Positions 21,707-31,814 of a DNA stretch of 64,000 bases are shown piece by piece. Below the pieces are notes generated by a model, which saw only the letters and a program-made list of their open reading frames with translations, had not been told where the DNA came from and did no database searches. The stretch covers positions 704,001 to 768,000 of the forward strand of contig CAVWFS010000019.1 of assembly GCA_963754315.1 (NCBI GenBank), read 5' to 3'. How positions within the stretch are numbered: position 1 is the stretch's first letter; the number at the start of each line of letters is the position of its first letter. The stretch is from an uncultured Candidatus Rokubacteria bacterium (GTDB lineage: Bacteria > Methylomirabilota > Methylomirabilia > Rokubacteriales > CSP1-6). The translations under genes and the position numbers were made by a program.

Positions 21707-24700
21707 GGATCGCTACCCACGCCTTGTGCCAGCCTCGGTATCGAGGCGGACGGGATCGACGCGGCCGGGAGGGCCACGATGAAGGTGGAGCCCTGACCGG
21801 GAAGGCTCTCGACGCGGATGGTGCCCCCGTGCTCACTCACCAGGCCGTGGCAGATGGCGAGACCAAGACCCGTTCCGCCCACTTCCCGGATGGTCCGGCT
21901 GTCGAGTTGCTGGAACTTCCGAAATAACCGGGGAAGGTCGGTGGGCGCAATCCCCCGGCCGTGGTCGATGACGCGGATCTCCACGGCCGCGCCGACGTGG
22001 TCCGCCCGCACTCGCACCTCGCTGCCCGGCGACGAGAACTTGATGGCGTTGGACAAAAGGTTGGTCATCACCTGCACCATGCGGTCCAGATCGACCCGGA
22101 CCTCGGGCAGGGTGGCGACGGCCTCGACGACGACGCGGACATCGCGCGAGTCGGCGAAGGCACGGATCCCATCCACCGCGATCTGGATGAACTCGGCCAC
22201 ACGACGGTGGCTCAAGGCGAGCTCGATCCGCCCCGCCTCGATCTTGGACACGTCCAGAATGTCCGTGATGAGGCGAATCAGGCGTTCGGTATTGTTGAGG
22301 CAGATGGCGAGCAACTCGCGCTGCGTGGCCTCCAGGGGACGGGAATCGTCAAGGAGCAGCAGATGCAGCGAGCCCTTGATCGAGGTCAGCGGCGTTCTCA
22401 ACTCATGCGAGACAGCCGAGACGAACTCGGTCTTCATCCGATCGACTTCTCGCTCCCGGGTCACGTCCCGCAAGGTCACCGTCACCCCGACCCGGGCTCC
22501 GAAGGTGTCCAGGGTAGGGCTGGCGTGCCAGCGCAGAGTCGCGAGCGTCGGCTCCTGCACCTCGAGATCACCGGTGGCTTCCTGCTCGAGATCCTCGACG
22601 ATCTCCTGCAGGGACCGGCCCTCGGGCGTCACCCATCGCAGCCGCTCCCCGAGCGCGTCCACGAGATACGTAATGAACGGACGGCCCACCACTTCTGACG
22701 TCGACACGCCCAGCAGCTCCTCGCCCCGTCGATTGAGGGCAGCGATTCGGCCGGCCTGATCGAGAAACAGGATGCCGTCGGAGGTGGAAGCAAAGATGTG
22801 CTCGAGCAGAGTCTTCTGAGTCTCAGCCTCCTCGAAGAGCGCGGTGTTGTCGAGCGCCATCGCCAGCTGGTCGGCGTAGGCAGCCAGCAAGCGCCGCTCG
22901 AACGGCGACAGCACGCGGGGCGTCCCGAAGAGCAACGTGAGAACACCGAGGCTCCGGCTTCGGCCCCGCACGGGGAAGGCGGCTAGACTGCGGACGTCGG
23001 CAGAGAGCGAGGCTCCGGGAACCGTCTCCCCCAGACGGTCCACGTCGGCGACCAGCAGCGGCTCGTCCCGGTGGCGGAAGAGTGGGGTGATACACCCGGC
23101 CCCCGCGTAGGCCGCAGCACCCCATGGAATCACTTGGTCCGCGTAGCCGGCACTGTTGAACACCGACACAGAGGCGCCGATCGCGTTGACCGTCCGCCCG
23201 AGATCCGCCAGAGCCGCCGGCAACCGGCGGCGCACATCAAGCGTGCGATGCAGCGTGCGGGCGGCCTCGTTGAGGAGGCCGGCTCCGGCGAGATTCTGCT
23301 GCGTCTCCGCATAGAGACGGGCGTTCTCGACGGCGACGGCGGCCGGGGCCGACACGCGGGAGAGCAGGCGCACCTCGTCCGCGCCCCACTCGTGCGGCGA
23401 CAGGCGGTGCGCCAGCAGAACCCCATACACCTCGTCGCGAATCACGATGGGCACACCGATGAAGGCCCGGGCCGTGTTGCCCAGGGCGTCCTCCGTGTCC
23501 GGCCGGTACGTCACGTTCGGATCGCTCGCACGGTCGTTGGTCCACACGGGCCGCCGCTCGGCGAAGGCGCGACCGGCGATGCCTTCGCCCGGCTGCAACT
23601 GGGGCACGTGCGCGGCCGCCGCACCGGTGTGGCGGCTGCGCGCAAAGACCAAGGCACCGAGGGTAGGATCCCAGCGATAGACGGCAGCCCCATCGCAACC
23701 CAGGGTCTCCGTCGCGTACTGCGTGATGATGTCGAGGACCTCGTCCAGATCGAGTGTGGCAGCGATCCGCCGGGTGAACTCGAAGAGGACGGTCACCTCA
23801 CGCTCCCGGCGCTGGGCTTCGGTGTAGAGGCGAGCATTGCTGACTGAGTGGGCAAGCTCCTGGCAGAACAGCTCCAGTCGGGCCACACTCTCGGGTGTAA
23901 TGGGACGGCGGCTCGGCTTGTTGTCGGCACTGACGATTCCGATGGGCCGTCCCCTGAATTTAAGGGGAACGATGACGAAGCGCCGGGTCCGGAAGACGGG
24001 ATCGCGCTGGATGTCCGCACTCAATGGAGTGAGAGCGGCCAGCGCCTCGTCGGAGCCGACCACCAAGGTCTCCCCGGTATCCCAGGCGCGACGGTAACCG
24101 CCACCGATCTCGGATAGCCGCACTTTCCGCACGGTACCGTGCTCGATATCGGTCCCCGCCAGGAGTTCGAGCGTGGCGCCGTCGGGGGTGGCGAGCATCA
24201 CGGCGAAGCGGTCGAATTGCAGAGCGGTCTTGGCTCGCTCGACGAAGGCCTGGAGACGGTCTCGAAGATGCATCGATCGCTCCAGAGCCACCGCAAGCGC
24301 GTAGAGGTCATCCGTGAGCCGCTGACGCTCCTGGACATCGCGGAACAGTCGGGCTTTCTCCAGCACCACCGCCGTTTGCTCGGCCAGAGCCTGGAGCAGG
24401 GACACTTCGTCCGCCTCGAAATGGTGAGCTTCCCGGGTGGCGACGACAAAGGCCCCGGCCACCGCGCGGCCCATCACGAGAGGCAGGGCGGCGATCGACC
24501 GAAAACCCTGTCCGCGCAGCCACTCTGCATTCCGCAGATCCGGGAACTGGTAGACGTCATCGAGCACCACCGGCGCTGTCGATGCGCAGACACGTCCGAT
24601 CAACCCTTCGCCGAGGGGCAGCTCGAGCTGGTTGCCCCCTCCCACCGCCTTCACGCCAGCCTCGGCGCGCAGGCGTATGCGGTCCGCCTCCACGATCCAC

Positions 24701-26679
24701 ACTCGACACGCGGCCCCGGGAAAGAGCGATACGGCGGCGTCGGCCAGTACGGGCAGAATCGCCTCAGGATCCAGCGACGACGTGATGACCTTGGTGAGGC
24801 GGGTCAGGGTCTCCAGACGCTTCGCGTGCAGCGAGGACTCGGCGTAGAGGCGCGCGTTGCGGATGGCCACCCCGGCCTGGGTCACGAACATTCCCACCAG
24901 TTCCCAGTCGTCTGCGCTCAGCCGGACCGGGGCGGTTCCGTTGAGCGACAGGACCGCCAGCAGCACGTCATCGAGCACCACGGGGACACCGAGGAAGCTC
25001 GAGAACCCATGGGCGCGCCACCACGCTTGATCCTGAAACCCCCTCGCTGCGAAAACGTCGGGCACACTGAGGGGCTGGCGGTGAATGGCGACCCAGCCCA
25101 GCGCCCCGTCATCGTATCGCTGCCGACGGGCCACGAAGTCGGTGCCGATTGTCTCGTCGGAGAAGGCGCGTAACTCGAGCACTCGCCGCGCATCGTCGGC
25201 TAGCCAAAACGACGCCACGGGTGCCCCTACCAGTTCGGCCGCCGCACAGGCGATCCCGCGCAGTACCGTCTCGACCTCCAGGGAGGAGGAGACGAGATGA
25301 TTGAGACCGGCCAACGTACGCAAGCGGCCAGCGCGGTTCTCCAGGGCCTCCACCAGCCGCGCATTGCGCAGGAGGATCCCGACCTGCTGCCCTACCGTCT
25401 GGAGCGTCTCCAGCTCGGGCTCGGCAAAGCGGCGCCGCTCCTTCCACCAGACGAGATAGAAGGCGCCGGAGACCCGCCCCGGCGCGCTGGTGGACGAAAA
25501 ATCGCTCGGCACGCGTGGGCCATCGTCGAGCACCAAGGGCAGCATCAGGCTCGACTGATGCGGGAACTGACGAAATGCCGGAAACCCGAAGCGAGGATCA
25601 GCGGCGACGTCTTCGCTCCATACGGGTCGGCCACGTACGACGAGTTCGTCGTGGAAATCGTGCTCGGCCATAGCCACCCGGAGGTCAACGAGGGGGCCGA
25701 GCACGTCCTTGGGCACGTGGTATCCGGCCACGGGGCGGAGCTCGGCGCCGTGGGGGTCCAGCACGTAGGCCCCAACGGTGTCGGCTCCCGTCAGGTGCGC
25801 CAGCTCGCGGCAAACCAAGCGGAGCGCCTCCTGCAGGCTATCCGTCCCGCCGACCACCCGGGCTATGGCAAGAAGCGACTCAGCCTGGCGTCGGGCGCGC
25901 GAAAGCGCTTCCTGCCGTTCGGTAACCTGCCGCAGCATCGCGTTGAAGGCCGACCCGAGTACCCCGATCTCGTCGTGGGTGACGATGTCGACCCGCCGGG
26001 TCATATCGCCCTCGGCCACCGCTCGGGCCGAGCTGGTGAGGTTCATCAGCGGTCTGGTTATCCGGCGACCCAGGACGACCGCCGACAGCACCGCCACCAG
26101 AATGGCCGCCACGCCGCCCAGCAGCAGCACCACCATGGTGCGACGCTGGGCGGTCGCATAAATGGCCGTCCGCTGCTCGAGCTTAACGTACTCGGCCGCC
26201 GTCACCAGGGTCAGCCGTTCGGCCAGACCCTGCAATACGAGCCAGGAGCTACCGGCCACGCGCACCGCCGCTTGACGTTCGCCACGCTGCACGAGGTCCA
26301 TCAGCATGCGACCCTGATCGTGTTCCCACTCACCAAGACCACGCTCGAGAGCCTTGATCCGCTCCAGCTGGGTGGGGTCGTCCTGCACGAGCCGGCGAAG
26401 CGCGCCCAGATCTCTCTGCGCGGCGGTAGAGGCGCCGGTCACGGTAAGCACCGCGCTGTGGTCGTCGAAGAGAGCGTAGGCGGCGACGGCTCCGCGTGTT
26501 CGACCGAGGGCTGTGTCGACCTTGCCCAGGAGCTTGAGGATCTCGTGGGCAGTCGAGACGCTGAGCGAGGCCTCGAGTTGGCTACTCAGCGCGCGCTGAG
26601 TAAAGACGCCCGCGATGGCAACGGGTCCCAGGCTCACCAGTGAGACCAGCAGAAGCCTGGCCCGGATGCTACGCAGCAT
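21703..26679 (-). CDS. Large sensor histidine kinase: TM-CHASE3-TM-HAMP-6xGAF-PAS-HisKA-HATPase
   Basis: DEIGVL HAMP; six GAF ends (NARLV, NARLY, KARLF, NARLY, NARLY, NTALF); SHELRTPL, NLLSNAIKFS, GGTGLGL. Confidence 0.9.
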   Translation of the reverse strand: MLRSIRARLLLVSLVSLGPVAIAGVFTQRALSSQLEASLSVSTAHEILKLLGKVDTALGRTRGAVAAYALFDDHSAVLTVTGASTAAQRDLGALRRLVQDDPTQLERIKALERGLGEWEHDQGRMLMDLVQRGERQAAVRVAGSSWLVLQGLAERLTLVTAAEYVKLEQRTAIYATAQRRTMVVLLLGGVAAILVAVLSAVVLGRRITRPLMNLTSSARAVAEGDMTRRVDIVTHDEIGVLGSAFNAMLRQVTERQEALSRARRQAESLLAIARVVGGTDSLQEALRLVCRELAHLTGADTVGAYVLDPHGAELRPVAGYHVPKDVLGPLVDLRVAMAEHDFHDELVVRGRPVWSEDVAADPRFGFPAFRQFPHQSSLMLPLVLDDGPRVPSDFSSTSAPGRVSGAFYLVWWKERRRFAEPELETLQTVGQQVGILLRNARLVEALENRAGRLRTLAGLNHLVSSSLEVETVLRGIACAAAELVGAPVASFWLADDARRVLELRAFSDETIGTDFVARRQRYDDGALGWVAIHRQPLSVPDVFAARGFQDQAWWRAHGFSSFLGVPVVLDDVLLAVLSLNGTAPVRLSADDWELVGMFVTQAGVAIRNARLYAESSLHAKRLETLTRLTKVITSSLDPEAILPVLADAAVSLFPGAACRVWIVEADRIRLRAEAGVKAVGGGNQLELPLGEGLIGRVCASTAPVVLDDVYQFPDLRNAEWLRGQGFRSIAALPLVMGRAVAGAFVVATREAHHFEADEVSLLQALAEQTAVVLEKARLFRDVQERQRLTDDLYALAVALERSMHLRDRLQAFVERAKTALQFDRFAVMLATPDGATLELLAGTDIEHGTVRKVRLSEIGGGYRRAWDTGETLVVGSDEALAALTPLSADIQRDPVFRTRRFVIVPLKFRGRPIGIVSADNKPSRRPITPESVARLELFCQELAHSVSNARLYTEAQRREREVTVLFEFTRRIAATLDLDEVLDIITQYATETLGCDGAAVYRWDPTLGALVFARSRHTGAAAAHVPQLQPGEGIAGRAFAERRPVWTNDRASDPNVTYRPDTEDALGNTARAFIGVPIVIRDEVYGVLLAHRLSPHEWGADEVRLLSRVSAPAAVAVENARLYAETQQNLAGAGLLNEAARTLHRTLDVRRRLPAALADLGRTVNAIGASVSVFNSAGYADQVIPWGAAAYAGAGCITPLFRHRDEPLLVADVDRLGETVPGASLSADVRSLAAFPVRGRSRSLGVLTLLFGTPRVLSPFERRLLAAYADQLAMALDNTALFEEAETQKTLLEHIFASTSDGILFLDQAGRIAALNRRGEELLGVSTSEVVGRPFITYLVDALGERLRWVTPEGRSLQEIVEDLEQEATGDLEVQEPTLATLRWHASPTLDTFGARVGVTVTLRDVTREREVDRMKTEFVSAVSHELRTPLTSIKGSLHLLLLDDSRPLEATQRELLAICLNNTERLIRLITDILDVSKIEAGRIELALSHRRVAEFIQIAVDGIRAFADSRDVRVVVEAVATLPEVRVDLDRMVQVMTNLLSNAIKFSSPGSEVRVRADHVGAAVEIRVIDHGRGIAPTDLPRLFRKFQQLDSRTIREVGGTGLGLAICHGLVSEHGGTIRVESLPGQGSTFIVALPAASIPSASIPRLAQGVGSDP

Positions 26680-26704
26680 CGCCTTCAGTCAAGGATCGAC
26701 CCTC

Positions 26705-27880
26705 TCATGCCGCCCCGAACGCGTCGAGCCCGGTGATGTCACGGCCGATGATCAGGGTGTGGATGTCGTGAGTCCCTTCATACGTATTGACCGTTTCGAG
26801 ATTCAGCATGTGCCGGATCACCGGATGCTCGTCCACGATGCCCGCCGCGCCCAGGATGTCGCGGGCCAGGCGCGCCGCGTCCAGCGCCATCTGGACGTTG
26901 TTCATCTTGGCCAGGGAGACTTGCTGGGGACGCGCTTTGCCCTCGTCCTTCAAGCGGCCGAGCTGTAGGCACAAGAGCTGACCCTTGGTGATCTCCGTCA
27001 CCATCCACACCAGTTTTCGCTGAACGAGCTGGAAGCTTGCGATGGGCTTACCAAACTGGATGCGTTGCTGTCCGTACTGCAGTGCCCAGTCGTACACGGC
27101 CATGGCCGCCCCCAACGCTCCCCAGGCGATACCGTAGCGGGCCTGGTTCAGACAGCTGAGAGGCCCACGCAACCCCCGCACCCCGGGCAGTCGGTTCTCG
27201 GCCGGAATGCGGCAGTCCTGGAAGCTCAGCTCGGAGGTGATGGAGGCGCGCATCGAGAACTTGCCGTGAATGTCCAAGGTGGAGAACCCTGGCGTCCCGC
27301 GCTCCACCAGAAAGCCCGCGATCTCCCCATCGTCCTCCCGAGCCCACACCACCGCTACGTCGGCGATCGAGCCGTTGGTGATCCAGAGCTTGGTGCCGTT
27401 CAGCACGTAACCGCCGCCCTGGCGGGATGCTCGCGTCTTCATGGCGCCGGGATCCGAGCCGTGGTCTGGCTCGGTGAGGCCGAAGCAGCCGATCTTCTCG
27501 CCCTTGGCCATCGCGGGGAGCCACCGCTCCTTCTGCGCCTCGGACCCAAACGTGTAGATCGGATACATGACGAGCCCGCTTTGCACTGACGCCGCCGAGC
27601 GAAGTCCTGAATCTCCCCGCTCCAGCTCCTGCATGATGAGCCCGTAGGCGACGTTGTTCAGGCCTGCGCAACCGTATCCCTTGAGGGTGGCGCCGAACAC
27701 CCCCATCTCGCCGAGTCTGGAAATCAGGGTGACGGGGAATGTCCCGGCTCGGTGGTGATCAGCGACAATGGGAACGAACTCGGCCTCGACCCAATCGCGG
27801 ATTGTGTCGCGGACCATCCGTTCCTCCTCCGACAGCAATCCGTCCATCTGGTAGTAATCGACACCTTGGAATTTCTCCAT
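26705..27880 (-). CDS. gcdH: Acyl-CoA dehydrogenase, glutaryl-CoA dehydrogenase-like
   Basis: ELERGDSGLRS, GCFGLTEPDHGSDP, NLETVNTYEGTHDIH. Confidence 0.85.
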   Translation of the reverse strand: MEKFQGVDYYQMDGLLSEEERMVRDTIRDWVEAEFVPIVADHHRAGTFPVTLISRLGEMGVFGATLKGYGCAGLNNVAYGLIMQELERGDSGLRSAASVQSGLVMYPIYTFGSEAQKERWLPAMAKGEKIGCFGLTEPDHGSDPGAMKTRASRQGGGYVLNGTKLWITNGSIADVAVVWAREDDGEIAGFLVERGTPGFSTLDIHGKFSMRASITSELSFQDCRIPAENRLPGVRGLRGPLSCLNQARYGIAWGALGAAMAVYDWALQYGQQRIQFGKPIASFQLVQRKLVWMVTEITKGQLLCLQLGRLKDEGKARPQQVSLAKMNNVQMALDAARLARDILGAAGIVDEHPVIRHMLNLETVNTYEGTHDIHTLIIGRDITGLDAFGAA

Positions 27881-27913
27881 AGTCGGCTCCTGGTGCGGGC
27901 GCCCGGCCCGTCC

Positions 27914-28600
27914 TCACAGACGGAGTGGATTGAAGTCGGTCTCGCGATCGTACACGTCGATCCCCTCACGGGCCTTGAGCCAGCCGACGACCATGTAGGT
28001 GATCGGGGTCGCCGCGGCCTCGTAGACGACCTTGACGAGCCACTGCGAAAGGATGATCCCGCCCAGCACCGCTGGCGGCACCAGTGCTGCGAAAGCCAGC
28101 ACCACGAAGATCAGGCTGTCGAGGCCCTGCCCTACCACCGTCGACCCCAGTGTACGCGTCCACAACCAGCGGCCCTGGGTGACGATCTTCAGCTTGGCGA
28201 GCACGTAGCTGTTGGCGAAGGAGCCTCCCAGATAGGCCAGAAAGGACGCCGCCAGGATGCGAGGGGTCTGGGCAAAGACCTCGCTGAAGGCGGCCTGCCC
28301 CTTCCAGAAGGGAGCAGGCGGCAGGTGCCCAGCCAACCAGATGACGGCGACCATGAGGAGGTTGCAGGCGAAGCCAAGCCAGATGATGCGGCGGACGGTC
28401 GCATAGCCGTAGACCTCCGTGACCACGTCGCCCAGCGCGTAGGACAGGGGAAAGACGATCACCCCGGCCGGGAGAATCAGGCCTCCGGCACTCGTGAGCT
28501 TCGCCGAAACCACGTTGGCGGTCAGCAGGCAGGTTATGAAGAGCCCGGCGAACGTCAGCAGGCGCCACGTCATCGCCGGCGGTTTCGTTCCGTCGCCCAT
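27914..28600 (-). CDS. Queuosine precursor transporter (VUT/YhhQ family)
   Basis: FPLSYALGDVVTEVYGY, RTLGSTVVGQGLDS, DVYDRETDFNP. Confidence 0.88.
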   Translation of the reverse strand: MGDGTKPPAMTWRLLTFAGLFITCLLTANVVSAKLTSAGGLILPAGVIVFPLSYALGDVVTEVYGYATVRRIIWLGFACNLLMVAVIWLAGHLPPAPFWKGQAAFSEVFAQTPRILAASFLAYLGGSFANSYVLAKLKIVTQGRWLWTRTLGSTVVGQGLDSLIFVVLAFAALVPPAVLGGIILSQWLVKVVYEAAATPITYMVVGWLKAREGIDVYDRETDFNPLRL

Positions 28601-28601
28601 C

Positions 28602-30023
28602 CTACACGTTGGTGACGATCGCGGAGGGTTCCTCGTTCAGCGCACGTTTGAGGGCAACCGCCAGCTCGGCGTCATGCTCATGGGACGTCGCGAAGATTCG
28701 GCATTGGGCCACCTTGCCCGGAAGGTACTTGAGGATCTCGGTGAGGGGTTCTTCCGAGACCCGCTTGGTGGTCGAGTCATAGACATAGATCTGGCGGTCA
28801 CCCATCTTGAGGGGGTTGAGGGGACGGGGGTCCTGCAAGGCCATGTCGATCTTGAAGGGAAAGTTCTTGAGCGGGGTGGGAAGGAAAGCCTTGACCAGCC
28901 GCTCCACCATCTCGGCCTCCAGAAACCCCTGACCCTTGCGGGGCTCGAACTGATCGAGCACTTCCTCACCCGACATCCTCCACTTGAGGCGCCGATCGAG
29001 GATGTACCGCCACTCCGCGCCCAGGGCTCGTTTCTGCACGGCGAGAGCATCGTCATCACGCACGTCGTGCCAGCGGCCGACCTCCTCCAGGAGGGTCCAC
29101 TCGGTAAGGTGCAGGTAGGGGTGCAGCTCCTTGCGCAAGTCGTAGGGGAACGCCAGCCGCATGGTATCGCGAAAGATCTCCTTGAGGTGCAGGTCGATGC
29201 CGCGGGTGGTGCGGTGGTAGTAGACGTTCGTGTACATGTAGAACCGCGCGTTGAGGAACATGATGAATGCCTGGAGCCCGCTCCGGTCGAGGGTGAGCCC
29301 CTTCTCGCTGAAGAACGAGTAGTAGATGATGCGATCGATGTCGATGGGACCGACGGCCACCCCGCACATGTAGGCGTCGCGCAGGACGTAGTCCATGTTG
29401 TCGGCGGTGAACACCCCCGACAGCAGCGGCTTCAGGAAGGCGAGCCAGCGCGGATGCGATTCGAGGGGCTGCGTATAGCTCTTGCCCATGAGGTAGCAGA
29501 GCCACTCGGGATCGAGCTGTTCCCCAGCCTGAAAGGGTCCCGTTGGACTACGGCGGATGCCGCGCAGAACCTCCGCCAACTCCTCCCGAATGATCTTCTG
29601 GCCTACCAGTTCGTGGGTCAGGTCGAAATCGTTCAGGAAGTTGTCGTCGAAGAAGTGCCCGAAGGGCCCGTGCCCCACATCATGCAGGAGGCCCGCCATC
29701 CGCAGCAGTTCTTCGAGGAGTGCCGCCGAGGGGCCGTCGGGGAAGATGGCCCGCAGCGATGGGTAGAGCTGCTGGGCCAGGCGCCCTGCCAGATGCATAG
29801 CCCCAAGCGAATGCTGGAACCGGCTGTGCTCGGCGGCGGGAAACACCCAGCGGGCGGACTGAAGCTGAGGGATCCGGCGCAGACGCTGCACCCACGGGGT
29901 ATCCAGGACGTCCTGCTCGGTGGCTTCTCCGGGGATGTCTCCCGGGCGGGTGAAGAGGATGTAGCGATGGACGGGATCGGCGATGAGTCCTCGCCCCTGA
30001 TAGGTGTCGGCCGCGCCTTTCAT
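28602..30023 (-). CDS. HD-domain phosphohydrolase, SAMHD1/YwfO-like dNTP triphosphohydrolase
   Basis: DPVH, QRLRRIPQL, HSRFQHSLG, LLHDVGHGPFGH, ADNMDYVLRD, VYYH. Confidence 0.88.
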   Translation of the reverse strand: MKGAADTYQGRGLIADPVHRYILFTRPGDIPGEATEQDVLDTPWVQRLRRIPQLQSARWVFPAAEHSRFQHSLGAMHLAGRLAQQLYPSLRAIFPDGPSAALLEELLRMAGLLHDVGHGPFGHFFDDNFLNDFDLTHELVGQKIIREELAEVLRGIRRSPTGPFQAGEQLDPEWLCYLMGKSYTQPLESHPRWLAFLKPLLSGVFTADNMDYVLRDAYMCGVAVGPIDIDRIIYYSFFSEKGLTLDRSGLQAFIMFLNARFYMYTNVYYHRTTRGIDLHLKEIFRDTMRLAFPYDLRKELHPYLHLTEWTLLEEVGRWHDVRDDDALAVQKRALGAEWRYILDRRLKWRMSGEEVLDQFEPRKGQGFLEAEMVERLVKAFLPTPLKNFPFKIDMALQDPRPLNPLKMGDRQIYVYDSTTKRVSEEPLTEILKYLPGKVAQCRIFATSHEHDAELAVALKRALNEEPSAIVTNV

Positions 30024-30036
30024 CCGTCACCCGGTC

Positions 30037-31050
30037 CTAGCGGGTCGTCGTGCGGTAGAGCTGATATCGATCTACCGAGCGAATGGGGACGATGCGTACG
30101 GCTTCGCCACGCTGAATGGAAAGCGCCACCACATCTCCCGCCTTCGCGCGCCAGAGCTGCTCGTAGAACTCCGCCTGGGTGCGGACACGCACGCCGCTGA
30201 CGCCAATGATCCGATCCCCTTTCTGGAGTCCGGCGACGCGCGCGGGGCCGACCGGCGAGAATCCGTCGATGAGTGGGCCACCCTGGTCGTCCACGGTATA
30301 GAGCCCGAGCCAGGGCCGAGCGGGACGACTCGCCACCCGGCCCAAGGAAATTAGCTCGTCCTTGATCGGCAGGAACTTCTCCAGCGGGATGGCCAGATTC
30401 ACATGGGGAGCCTGACCTAGCCGGAGCGACGCGATCCCCACGACTTCACCGCGCGCGTCGACCACGGCACTCCCGCCCCAGGACGGGCTCCCCGGCGCCA
30501 CCATGAACGCGCGATCCAGCATGTACTCCCAGTACGCCGAGAAGCGCCTGATGCCCTGCACGGCACCGGACACCCACACGAGCGCTCCTTCCTCGTCCAC
30601 GCCGACAGTCCCGGTGAGGGCCCCCTGCATCACGTCACGCGATTGTCCAAGGGGGGCGACGGGCCATGATTCCTCTCCATCGAGCTTGACCACGCCGAGG
30701 CCGGTGTCGAAGTCGATGCCGACGAGCTGGCCGTTCACGACCCGGTCGTCGCGCGTGCGCGCCTGGATGGAGACGGCATCGAGCAGCACGTAGCTCACGG
30801 TGAGGACGAACCCGCGCTGGTCGAAGATCACCCCGCTCGCGAAGCGCTGGGTGCCGAGAGTGGCGGCCGATGGGCTTCCTTCATCGACGCGAACCCGGAG
30901 CCCCACGATGGCCTGCTGCACGCGCTGAACGAACGTGGGCACCTGGGACACATCCCGAGGGTGGAGCCGATACTCCCGGTTCGGCGCCACTGCGCTGGCG
31001 AGTGTGGGGACGAGGATACCGAGGGCAATCAGGGTCCCGATCCGACTCAC
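30037..31050 (-). CDS. S1C (HtrA-like) trypsin fold plus PDZ protein, catalytic triad degenerate
   Basis: ASGVIFD..GFVLT; WEYMLD; RPWLGL and GPARVAGL PDZ; signal peptide after GTG at 31050. Confidence 0.8.
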   Translation of the reverse strand: MSRIGTLIALGILVPTLASAVAPNREYRLHPRDVSQVPTFVQRVQQAIVGLRVRVDEGSPSAATLGTQRFASGVIFDQRGFVLTVSYVLLDAVSIQARTRDDRVVNGQLVGIDFDTGLGVVKLDGEESWPVAPLGQSRDVMQGALTGTVGVDEEGALVWVSGAVQGIRRFSAYWEYMLDRAFMVAPGSPSWGGSAVVDARGEVVGIASLRLGQAPHVNLAIPLEKFLPIKDELISLGRVASRPARPWLGLYTVDDQGGPLIDGFSPVGPARVAGLQKGDRIIGVSGVRVRTQAEFYEQLWRAKAGDVVALSIQRGEAVRIVPIRSVDRYQLYRTTTR

Positions 31051-31057
31051 GGGTGTT

Positions 31058-31594
31058 CTATCCCCGCACCACGTCCCAGACATCTTCGCCCGCGAAGTCC
31101 CACGGAAGCCGCCCCTCATCGCACACGGCCGGGTCGGGGGAGAACGCGACGTCCACGAGGTAAATGATACGACCGATCGTCGTACCCAGGTTTCGCACGC
31201 CATGGGCCACTCCCGGTGGTATCCGCAGCAGGCGTGACGAACCGTTTCCGAGCGTCAGCCGCATCCGAGCGCCTTCCGTAGCCGAACCCTCACGGGCGTC
31301 GAAGAGTACCACCAGCATCCGATCCGAAGGGGGAACGTACCAGATGTCAGTCTGACGCGTGTGCAGGTGGAACGCCTTGATGGCGCCGGCCTCAACTTCG
31401 CTGTAATTGATCTGGCGAACCGTGAAGTCGCCAAAGGCTTCGGGGTGACCATCGAGCAACCGAGCCAGCTCGGTCATCGAGCCCCCATCATCGGCGTGGC
31501 GTTTGAGCTCGACGATCTGCACCCCTGTGATGGTCGCCGAGGGTCCATACGCCTGAACCTGAAATGCTCGCTTCGCGTCAGGAGTGAGATTCAT
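31058..31594 (-). CDS. dTDP-4-dehydrorhamnose 3,5-epimerase (RmlC)-like cupin
   Basis: KAFHLH, FDAREGS.T, IPPGVAHG. Confidence 0.78.
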   Translation of the reverse strand: MNLTPDAKRAFQVQAYGPSATITGVQIVELKRHADDGGSMTELARLLDGHPEAFGDFTVRQINYSEVEAGAIKAFHLHTRQTDIWYVPPSDRMLVVLFDAREGSATEGARMRLTLGNGSSRLLRIPPGVAHGVRNLGTTIGRIIYLVDVAFSPDPAVCDEGRLPWDFAGEDVWDVVRG

Positions 31595-31658
31595 AGTTTT
31601 CGCGAGTATACAAGGACGGAACCGGTATCCCAACCTACCCGGACCAACTCAATCACCA

Positions 31659-31686
31659 TTGATTCGATCGTAAATAGAAGTATTAT
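31659..31686 (+). promoter_or_regulatory. sigma70-like promoter upstream of the selD operon leader
   Basis: TTGATT (31659-64), 16 nt, TATTAT (31681-86) in an AT-rich island. Confidence 0.55.
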
Positions 31687-31692
31687 GGTTTC

Positions 31693-31814
31693 ACGGGCCG
31701 ACTCACCGCTTCCGGGGTGACCCGAGCCGTCGCACCCGGAGCAGCGTAGCATGATGCCCCGGGTCCCGGAGCATTCAGGAGGCGGGGATACGCCGAGTGG
31801 AAACGCTAACCTGA
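31693..31814 (+). ncRNA. Candidate structured RNA / 5' leader of selD (unassigned family)
   Basis: Hairpins TCACC/GGTGA and ACCCGG/CCGGGT; three-way junction TCAGG..GGCG-GGGATA-CGCC..AGTG-GAAA-CGCT..CCTGA; folded by eye only. Confidence 0.35.

Noticed and set aside
10038..28600. DGQHR protein plus queuosine transporter as a dpd-type DNA modification system
   Set aside because: About 17 kb apart, separated by housekeeping genes, with no dpdA/tgt-like or que genes in the window
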